Origin: Candidatus Nanohalarchaeota archaeon QJJ-5
GTDB taxonomy: Archaea; Nanohalarchaeota; Nanosalinia; Nanosalinales; Nanoanaerosalinaceae
NCBI GenBank assembly: GCA_022865265.1
Contig: JALIDO010000003.1
Location: 1-34,868, forward strand
Reading direction: 5' to 3'
DNA: 34,868 nt
In this document: in pieces, positions 27,831 through 34,868 of the stretch
Layout: every line of letters starts with the position of its first letter
Position numbering within the stretch: position 1 is the first letter of the stretch
The notes under the pieces: model-generated
The model's input: the letters and a program-made list of their open reading frames with translations, nothing else
Database searches by the model: none
What the model was told of the DNA's origin: nothing
Made by a program: the position numbers and the translations under genes

Positions 27831-30425
27831 TCAACGGTATTTTTCTTGTTCCCATTGTTCCGGCTGATTGTCCTGTTTCAGGGCAGCACGGCCGGTCCAT
27901 GTGTGATCTGGATTTTCCATGTACAGTAAGCCTTCAAGCGGGGCGAATGCGTTTTCAAAGATGGTCTCCCACTCATGATGCCATTCTTCATCGGTCAGTC
28001 CGAAGAACTTGAGGACGAGATAGTCTTTCAGGGTGAGGTCTTCGTTGCCTTTCTCATCGTATCGGTTCCAGGCCTCATCCACGTATTCGGTGGTCAGATC
28101 CTCAGGTGTGACGCCATGTTCGATCATATGCATCATCAGGCGCAGCATATAGGTGGACTCGGCTTTCTCTTCTCCGATCTCATACATCACGATGCTCGGT
28201 CGGTCATCGCGTTCACAGAAGCCACGTTCCACGAGAGAATACAGGTGTTCGAACACGATAGTGTCGCCACGTCTGATCGGCTGGTGATGGTGGCCGGTTT
28301 CGGAAAGTGCAGGATGCGTAACGTGTTGTTTTGTGATATAACGTCCATCACCATCTTCTAAACCTTCGAAATTATGTTCTTCATTGCCCTGGATTGTCCA
28401 GAGTGGATCAACGCCGTTCATGGCGAGATGTTCCATATCGATAGTACAGAACATGACATCATAGGTCTCACCGTTGATCTCGGTATTGTTGACCTCACGA
28501 CATACCTTGATGATGTCGCGTGGTTTCCAGAGTTTGCTCCGTCCTTCGCTCCCGACATTGTGCGATTCCCAGTCGAGTGTTAGTCCATGTTCATTCAGCA
28601 ACTCTACCAATGTCTTGTCTTGCCCGCGGCCGATGACCTGGGTGAACTGGCCCCACACATATGCAGCTGCACCGGCCGCATGGATCTTATCGTAGTCTTC
28701 TGAGTCTGCTAACTCGGCCAACCGTTCTTCGAAGGCATCCAGGTTATTCATACTGTATTCATCAGGATCGATGCCTGTGATCGCGTGCCATAACCGTTCG
28801 AGGTGCTCGTTGTCCGAAAACGGCATCCAGCGTGGCATGATCTCCCAGAAGATGTTCGATTCACGATTCATTTCATCCTGGAAGGCACCGCCACGGAAAT
28901 TGATGATATCACGGAACGCGACTTCGCCCTCGCTCATAGGATCATCATCTTTCATGAAGTAATCGCGGTTACCATCATACACTTCGGTCTCTTTCAGCCG
29001 TTCCTGTATCTCATCTTTCAGATCTTGCTTCAGTTTCTCATATACTGTATCCATTTCTTCATTGAGCCGTGCTTGGTCGCGTAGTGTATCGTCTCGGTCT
29101 TTCTCCCAGAATAGCTTCGGAATCATATGGATCCAGCGTGAGTTCGTATGCAGTTCTGGATCGAACCGAACCAGGGCCTGTGCGATGTTGGATCCTTCAC
29201 GATGCTTTTTCAGATCATCGAGACTCTCCGGGACATCCGATCTGACACCGGCCATCGTCTGGATAGCTGAGGTCCGGAGTTGATCATTCGTATTCTGAAA
29301 TCGCTGATTGTTCACATAGTGTTCCAAAAGGGATTCTTTATCTGGATACGCCTCATAGATGTCCTCACTATCGACAGCTGCCAGTGCACTTTGAAAGTCT
29401 TCCATGAGCTGGTTCAATTGATTCTGTAATAATTGTCTCTCCTGTGGGTCTGCTTCTGCAATCTGTTCCCGAAGATCATCCATCCTCGATTGGATGTCTT
29501 GGAGTTGTTCTTGGTGCTCGCCAGGTACGTTATTCACGAGGGCATCGATATCCATATCGTCTTGGTTACGGATGACTACTCTGCCAAGAGGAACGTCGAA
29601 TTCGACGATATCAGGGCGTTCATCTAATAGATATTTGAGATTTTCTACCATGTTTTCAGTTTCATCCAGATTGCTAACTGCTTCTAACATATCCTCTGTC
29701 AGATAACCGTCATCGCTCATGTGGTCGACGATGATCTTCCTTTGAAGGATGTTGAAGTCCGTATATCCTTCGATATCGTTTGCTATGCCCTGTAGTGTCT
29801 GGAAGTTATCTTTCAGTTCGCTTTCCCACAGATATTCCCGGAAGAAACTGACACGGAATTCTGGGCACTTGAAGATCCGTGACTCCATCATTTCGGTACC
29901 AAATGGATCGACTGACACTGATCCCGCCATGCGTTCTTCTCTTGCAGGGATTTCTGATTTCACGAGATGGGTATTGATACCATACACTGATTGCTGGTTC
30001 CCATTGACATCGGGTTCGCTTTCGATGGCGTCTTTGAAATCGCCCCAGGCATCGATGAAGTCATACATGAACTCATGACTGTAGTAAAAGCCCATCTGTT
30101 CGCGCTGTTCATAGTACGGGTTCGCATAATCGAACGGTATCTTGACCGGGAAATGGGCATCGAAGCTGAGTCCAAGCTGGCGTGACATCTGGATGAGCTG
30201 GTCCCATTCATTGTAGATCTGATTTGGGCCACCGAGATACATCTCGATGAAGCTCGCTCCCTGGTTCGAGGCCCAAGCGGCTCGTTTGTACAGTTCATCG
30301 GGAATGTCCGGGACGACATTCATGCCTGAAGAGACGGCAACGATATAGTTGAGATCCAGTGTCTTGTGCTGGTCCTGATTGATGAGTTGTCGGTACTGTT
30401 GTTTGACTTCTTGTTTTGTTGGCAT
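27831..30425 (-). CDS. large xylose-isomerase/AP-endonuclease-2-like TIM-barrel protein with helical insertion
   Basis: FIEM, FDAHFP, INTH; then LDWESH, CTIDMEH, KQHVTH, HHHQPI and MYEIG after a long helical/coiled-coil segment. Confidence 0.68.
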   Translation of the reverse strand: MPTKQEVKQQYRQLINQDQHKTLDLNYIVAVSSGMNVVPDIPDELYKRAAWASNQGASFIEMYLGGPNQIYNEWDQLIQMSRQLGLSFDAHFPVKIPFDYANPYYEQREQMGFYYSHEFMYDFIDAWGDFKDAIESEPDVNGNQQSVYGINTHLVKSEIPAREERMAGSVSVDPFGTEMMESRIFKCPEFRVSFFREYLWESELKDNFQTLQGIANDIEGYTDFNILQRKIIVDHMSDDGYLTEDMLEAVSNLDETENMVENLKYLLDERPDIVEFDVPLGRVVIRNQDDMDIDALVNNVPGEHQEQLQDIQSRMDDLREQIAEADPQERQLLQNQLNQLMEDFQSALAAVDSEDIYEAYPDKESLLEHYVNNQRFQNTNDQLRTSAIQTMAGVRSDVPESLDDLKKHREGSNIAQALVRFDPELHTNSRWIHMIPKLFWEKDRDDTLRDQARLNEEMDTVYEKLKQDLKDEIQERLKETEVYDGNRDYFMKDDDPMSEGEVAFRDIINFRGGAFQDEMNRESNIFWEIMPRWMPFSDNEHLERLWHAITGIDPDEYSMNNLDAFEERLAELADSEDYDKIHAAGAAAYVWGQFTQVIGRGQDKTLVELLNEHGLTLDWESHNVGSEGRSKLWKPRDIIKVCREVNNTEINGETYDVMFCTIDMEHLAMNGVDPLWTIQGNEEHNFEGLEDGDGRYITKQHVTHPALSETGHHHQPIRRGDTIVFEHLYSLVERGFCERDDRPSIVMYEIGEEKAESTYMLRLMMHMIEHGVTPEDLTTEYVDEAWNRYDEKGNEDLTLKDYLVLKFFGLTDEEWHHEWETIFENAFAPLEGLLYMENPDHTWTGRAALKQDNQPEQWEQEKYR

Positions 30426-30435
30426 CTGGTGTCAC

Positions 30436-31827
30436 CTACTTCATCACGTACAGTCCGACATCGTATTTCAGCGAGATGTAGAGGGCTGCTGATCCACCGA
30501 ATTTCGGCCCGAGAAGGCCTTCACGGAGATCGGATGGGTCAACATGATAGTACGCATCACCTTTGCCTGCCCAGAACAGGAGCCGTCGCTGGAGTTCATC
30601 GAGGAATGACGGATCATAGGGGGTATATTCCTTATCAGTATGTTTCTGGATATCTGGTGCAATATCGTCTCCCACATACTCGGTGATATATCGTTTGACC
30701 TCGTTCTTTCGTTCATCGATCTGTGGCTGGAAGACCTCCTGGAAGACATGTTCACAGACCACATACTCTTTGAAATTGATCTTCATGACCTCACCCCCCT
30801 GGCCCGGGGACTGTGGCTGTTCAGAGCCTCCGAGGGAAATGTGGGTCGCATCAAGGATAACGACGTCTCGGTGCGTGACGACATCTTCGCCTTCATCATT
30901 TTCTGCTTCCCGGACAGGTTTATGGCAGATGACTTTGATGCCCCGGACAGACGAGGAATATCCTTCCATCATGTACGGATCGGACATCTCTGAGACTTTC
31001 GCTTCGGGGTCGCCTTCCATCTGCTGGATGGTCTGTACATACGGTTTGATCCAGTTCTCGGTCTGTTCGATCGATGTTTCGACCGATTTCAACCGGCGTT
31101 TGACTTCCCGGACCTTATCCTCGATCGCATCGGCATACCGATCTTTCCATTGTTCATAGAGCTTCCACTTCTTCCTGAGGATTGCTTTTTCCTGTTCGGG
31201 AAGATCACTCAGGTGTCCATCGCCTTTGAGATCATCGAGTGATTCCATGCTGTAGAAATCAGCCGTGATCGATGGGAAAATATCATTAGCAGTCATCTGG
31301 AGGATGCTGGCACGACCGGTATGTTGGTCGACCTCATCGACGAAATCGCCTTTGAGTGCTTCTTCTTTCCGATCTTCGAAGTGTTCGAGTTTCTCCTCGA
31401 GCATCCGTTCATCGTGTTCCAGCAGTTCCTTTTTCTCATAGAGTTCCTCGAGGTTCGCCAATGTCCTGCCGATCTGTTGTTCGGCCTGCTGGCGGCGTTG
31501 CTCCATCTCATGGTGGAGCTGAGACCCGGGGTTCGCATGAAGCCATTCACCAACTTTGCTGACCTCATATCCGAATTGGGTATCGAGGAGATCGACAGTC
31601 GCAAGATATGTGTCCACAGGAAGCCCCTGTGTCGCATCTGAAACCTTGATAAGCCTATTATGTGGTTCATCATGTGTTGCCCCTACATATGGTTCGCCGC
31701 TCGGCTGATTTTCATCGATCCATTCTTGTGCGGCTCCTGGTCCTTCTGTCCGGGCGATTTCACGAATTTTATCGATATTTGCCGGGTAACATCCATGCAT
31801 ACATCGATCCTCGGCTCCTTTTGTCAT
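30436..31827 (-). CDS. coiled-coil-rich protein of unknown function
   Basis: Heptad-like segments EMEQRRQQAEQQIGRTLANLEEL.. and VREVKRRLKSVETSIEQTENWIKPY; GGTGAG upstream; 10-nt gap to next gene. Confidence 0.85.
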   Translation of the reverse strand: MTKGAEDRCMHGCYPANIDKIREIARTEGPGAAQEWIDENQPSGEPYVGATHDEPHNRLIKVSDATQGLPVDTYLATVDLLDTQFGYEVSKVGEWLHANPGSQLHHEMEQRRQQAEQQIGRTLANLEELYEKKELLEHDERMLEEKLEHFEDRKEEALKGDFVDEVDQHTGRASILQMTANDIFPSITADFYSMESLDDLKGDGHLSDLPEQEKAILRKKWKLYEQWKDRYADAIEDKVREVKRRLKSVETSIEQTENWIKPYVQTIQQMEGDPEAKVSEMSDPYMMEGYSSSVRGIKVICHKPVREAENDEGEDVVTHRDVVILDATHISLGGSEQPQSPGQGGEVMKINFKEYVVCEHVFQEVFQPQIDERKNEVKRYITEYVGDDIAPDIQKHTDKEYTPYDPSFLDELQRRLLFWAGKGDAYYHVDPSDLREGLLGPKFGGSAALYISLKYDVGLYVMK

Positions 31828-32044
31828 CTTCTCACCAGTATATCCCGTTATTTAGGTGCGGCCTCATAAGAATGTATCGCTCACAGTTGATTGTTCTAGA
31901 CAGTTCGACAGGTGTATCCTACAAGGACATTCAGGTCTAGGATATACCTAAGGTGTCATCGTTACGCTTGATGATACTGAACTGATGATTGTACTGGATG
32001 ATTTGGCCAAAATTTAATATTCAGGTAGCTGAAAGAGATATACC

Positions 32045-32743
32045 ATGGGACTCGTGGACGATATCAAGGATAAAGTCGGAGATGAGAATACTGGGTCAGA
32101 CTCACAGGTTCGACGCCCACCAAAGAAACCTGGACAGGATAACAACACTAACAGAACCAGACAACAGGGATCACAGCAGTCACAGACTGGTCAGCGTCGC
32201 GGATCAAACCAGCGACAGGGCCAGAGCCGCGGGCAACAACAGAATCAGCGCGGTGGTTCCCAGCATCAAGGACGATCTGGTGGGCAGAATCAACGCCAAC
32301 AGTCCTCCCACCAATCACAGCAATCATCTCAGCCACGTCGTGGGCCTGGCGCAGAACAGGGGCCGCCTGACAGCCAGGGGCCGGACAGTCTCTCAGCACC
32401 AGGTCCGGCAGAGAATTCATCGGGCTCAGGCCGCGGTTCAGCAAATCCAGGTCCGACGGCGAACACATCACGTGGGCCGGAAGGTGGTCTCGATGATCTC
32501 GATGATCTTGGGTCCGCAGATGATCTTGGACAGAGTGAATCACCACCGGGTAATAGTCGGAGCCCTGAGGCATCTCTCAGAGATGATCCTGGTCCGGGTA
32601 ATGATATCACGCCGCCAGGGATGGATACCGATCGTGGATCATCAAGCGGCGAGCCGGACATGAGTCAGTTACAACAGCAGAATCAACAGATCATAAACCT
32701 TCTTGAAGATATTCGTGATGCACTGGAGCGACAACCGCGATGA
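32045..32743 (+). CDS. low-complexity (Q/G/S/P/D-rich) disordered protein, paralog 1
   Basis: MGLVDDIKDKV start; C-terminal QNQQIINLLEDIRDALE; TTTAATA at about 32013. Confidence 0.8.
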   Translation: MGLVDDIKDKVGDENTGSDSQVRRPPKKPGQDNNTNRTRQQGSQQSQTGQRRGSNQRQGQSRGQQQNQRGGSQHQGRSGGQNQRQQSSHQSQQSSQPRRGPGAEQGPPDSQGPDSLSAPGPAENSSGSGRGSANPGPTANTSRGPEGGLDDLDDLGSADDLGQSESPPGNSRSPEASLRDDPGPGNDITPPGMDTDRGSSSGEPDMSQLQQQNQQIINLLEDIRDALERQPR

Positions 32744-33090
32744 AGATCTTTGATAAACTCAATGACGACAATGAGGATGAAGAAGTAGAGCTCAAGCCAG
32801 ATACGCGGTTGAAAGATGAGGTGGCAGCCCGCACACAGGATCGGGGATCATCATCGACTTCGACAGATGATGAAAGCGAGTCCCTTCTACCTGGTGCTGT
32901 TGGTGGTAGCGATACTACATCGGATCGTGGACGTGTATCCTCATCCACAAAGACGGATGGTGATCTCGAGGAACAGATCAAGACCGTGATCGAGCAGAAT
33001 GAACGTATAATCGAACTGCTCGAGACCATCTCATCCGTGTCCTCGGGATCGACGAATCGTTCTAGTGATGGCAAGGACGAATTATGGTGA
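32740..33090 (+). CDS. acidic disordered protein, paralog 2
   Basis: MKIFDKLND start; QNERIIELLETI; ATGA overlap with the previous gene. Confidence 0.8.
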   Translation: MKIFDKLNDDNEDEEVELKPDTRLKDEVAARTQDRGSSSTSTDDESESLLPGAVGGSDTTSDRGRVSSSTKTDGDLEEQIKTVIEQNERIIELLETISSVSSGSTNRSSDGKDELW

Positions 33091-33102
33091 CGGCTGATAG
33101 TC

Positions 33103-33576
33103 ATGTCGTTTTATGATAGTGTCAAAGATCGTGTGCGTGATGATGAGACAGATGAAGACGATGATACGGAATCAAGTGGTGGTACAATGGCATTCGATGA
33201 ACTAGTGAAGAAAGCAGAACAACAAGACGATGATGAGGAAGAACAACAAGATGATACAGAGATCGAGGACTTTTCCGGTGGTGGCAGTGGTGGATCAAAG
33301 GATTATGGAGATCCATCGAGCATCGAGCTGAATGAAGAGACAGAACCACAGGCGGGAGATGGGTCGAGTGAGCCCTCATCGTCTGAGGACAAGGACGATG
33401 ATGAGGTCGAAATCCATAGTGATGGTTCTGTTACACCCCCCGGAGAGCAAGAACAGCATGAGCAAGAGCAGAAACCTGTTGATGGAGATGGTGATGTCAT
33501 CGCACTGCTCCAGGAAATCCGTAATCAGAACGACCAGATTATCAGTGTACTTCGCGATATCCGCGAACGCATGTAA
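33103..33576 (+). CDS. acidic disordered protein, paralog 3
   Basis: MSFYDSVKDRV start; LLQEIRNQNDQIISVLRDIRERM. Confidence 0.8.
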   Translation: MSFYDSVKDRVRDDETDEDDDTESSGGTMAFDELVKKAEQQDDDEEEQQDDTEIEDFSGGGSGGSKDYGDPSSIELNEETEPQAGDGSSEPSSSEDKDDDEVEIHSDGSVTPPGEQEQHEQEQKPVDGDGDVIALLQEIRNQNDQIISVLRDIRERM

Positions 33577-33587
33577 GGGTGTTTTTA

Positions 33588-34301
33588 GTGACAGAACGGA
33601 TCTATATGGAAGATTGCTATGCTGAGACGGTCTCGACACAGGTCGAAGCTATAAGGGCTGGTGGTATTGTCCTCAGTGAGACTGTTTTTTACCCAGAGGG
33701 CGGTGGTCAGCCTGCAGATCAGGGCGTGATCAACGTCGGTGGGACGTCCATCCAGGTTACAGACGTTTCCGTCGATCACGGGGAAATTCTCCATCATGTC
33801 GAATCGACAGATCCAATCACGGAGGGGGATGATGTGGATGCGAGGATCGACTGGGAGCGTCGTCATATGTTGATGCGTATGCATACAGCCCAGCATCTTC
33901 TCAGTGCTGTTGTTCTGGATATGTTTGATGCAAAAACTGTCGGTAATCAGATCCATCCGTCATATTCCCGTATTGATTTCGAGCCGGTAAATTTCAGTCA
34001 AAAGGATCTCGATCGGATCGAACGTCGTTGTAATGCCTTGATTGAAGAAGAACGGTCTGTATCGATCTATGAAGAAGACCGGGAAACTGTTGTTGAGAAA
34101 CTGCCAGTAGGACGATCGAACCTCGACCTCATACCAGATCATATCGATCCGTTGCGGGTTGTCGAGATTGAAGGTCTCGATATCTGTCCCTGTGGTGGGA
34201 CACATGTGAGCAATCTCGATGAGATTGGTCGATTCATCATCGAAGACAGGAAAAGCAAAGGCGAGGACATCGATCGTATCGAGTTCAGTCTCGATGCATG
34301 A
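33588..34301 (+). CDS. alaX: free-standing alanyl-tRNA editing protein (AlaX-M type)
   Basis: TVFYPEGGGQPAD, MRMHTAQH (HxxxH) and CPCGGTH (CxxxH); GTG start at 33588 gives MTERIY. Confidence 0.93.
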   Translation: MTERIYMEDCYAETVSTQVEAIRAGGIVLSETVFYPEGGGQPADQGVINVGGTSIQVTDVSVDHGEILHHVESTDPITEGDDVDARIDWERRHMLMRMHTAQHLLSAVVLDMFDAKTVGNQIHPSYSRIDFEPVNFSQKDLDRIERRCNALIEEERSVSIYEEDRETVVEKLPVGRSNLDLIPDHIDPLRVVEIEGLDICPCGGTHVSNLDEIGRFIIEDRKSKGEDIDRIEFSLDA

Positions 34302-34868
34302 CTTCAAGGCACTTGTGCGGTCAGTGTGGGAACGCAGTTTTGATGGGGAAAACCGTCGGTACCACCGATTCAGAACAGCAGATAGCGGATCGACACTGGT
34401 TGCCGATTGTATTGGATCAAATCTCCGATGTGCCCACGAGTGGGGATGGTGTGAAGGGATTCTTGATGATCCATCAGCTGGCCGACTTGTATCGCCTGAT
34501 GAGATCGTGAACCGAGCTAAGGACTGTGATGCAACGGCAGTACGTGTCACAGGGATGGAACCCGTGATGCATGATCGTCATCTCCTCCAGCTGGCAGAGA
34601 CCATTCCTGAGAGCATGACCTTGCGGATCGAAACCAACGGGATGTTACTTGGTGGAGCATACATGCGTGCTCTGACTGATCGCTGTGATTGTCATGTCCG
34701 GCTCTCGTTCAAGGGAAGCGATCCGGAACAGTTCAGCAAGCTGGCTAGGGTAGATCAACGGTATTTTCAGAATCAGGTCCAGTCATTCCACGCGATACGG
34801 AAAGCTGAGTGCAGCATTGAGCTGGCTCTTGCTGGTGTCTATGATGAGGAAGATGCAAAAAAGCTTGG
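34294..34868 (+). CDS. radical-SAM-superfamily homologue with degenerate cluster motif (runs off window; not in ORF track)
   Basis: MHDFKALV..RRYHRFR..ADCIGSNLRCAHEWGWC..SPDEIV..RVTGMEP..RIETNG..VRLSFKG; open to window end; overlaps alaX stop. Confidence 0.8.
   Translation, partial: MHDFKALVRSVWERSFDGENRRYHRFRTADSGSTLVADCIGSNLRCAHEWGWCEGILDDPSAGRLVSPDEIVNRAKDCDATAVRVTGMEPVMHDRHLLQLAETIPESMTLRIETNGMLLGGAYMRALTDRCDCHVRLSFKGSDPEQFSKLARVDQRYFQNQVQSFHAIRKAECSIELALAGVYDEEDAKKL

Noticed and set aside
32150-32340. Repetitive CAG/CAA-rich DNA resembling an array
   Set aside because: Encodes a Gln-rich tract; no fixed repeat-spacer periodicity, so not CRISPR
31989-32663. 224-aa alternative-frame ORF overlapping disordered paralog 1
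   Set aside because: R/H-rich shadow of low-complexity DNA; the 32045 frame has the TATA spacing, shared motifs and ATGA coupling
34298-34510. 70-aa ORF with CGQCG
   Set aside because: Out-of-frame shadow of the radical-SAM-like ORF starting at 34294

Overview
Gene-dense archaeal chromosomal segment encoding strongly acidic proteins, a single-fold HMf-type histone, TATA-box promoters placed just upstream of start codons and GAT-biased Asp codons. This is most consistent with a halophilic DPANN archaeon (Nanohaloarchaeota-like; inference). Recognisable genes: SDR, ICMT-family methyltransferase, UPF0182, PRTase, split lipoate ligase, VOC + esterase + msrB, histone, ndk, two PHP hydrolases, sucCD, a tryptophanase-family lyase upstream of grpE-dnaK-dnaJ, YbhB/PEBP, DUF1122, trm1 and alaX. 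The most interesting part is 25.1-34.9 kb. A leftward cluster encodes a coiled-coil protein, an 864-aa TIM-barrel metalloenzyme-like protein split by a large helical insert, a nucleotidyltransferase-HEPN-like fusion and trm1. It is divergent from a rightward operon of three related intrinsically disordered proteins (shared N-terminal amphipathic helix and C-terminal QNxxIIxxLxxI motif), alaX and a radical-SAM homologue lacking CxxxCxxC. Other points: a YbaK-GatB/Yqey fusion, altered specificity residues in the lyase, a candidate two-hairpin ncRNA and a 45-aa CPxCG zinc finger missed by the ORF track. No rRNA, tRNA, CRISPR array or transposase was seen. Family calls are motif recognition by eye, not database results.
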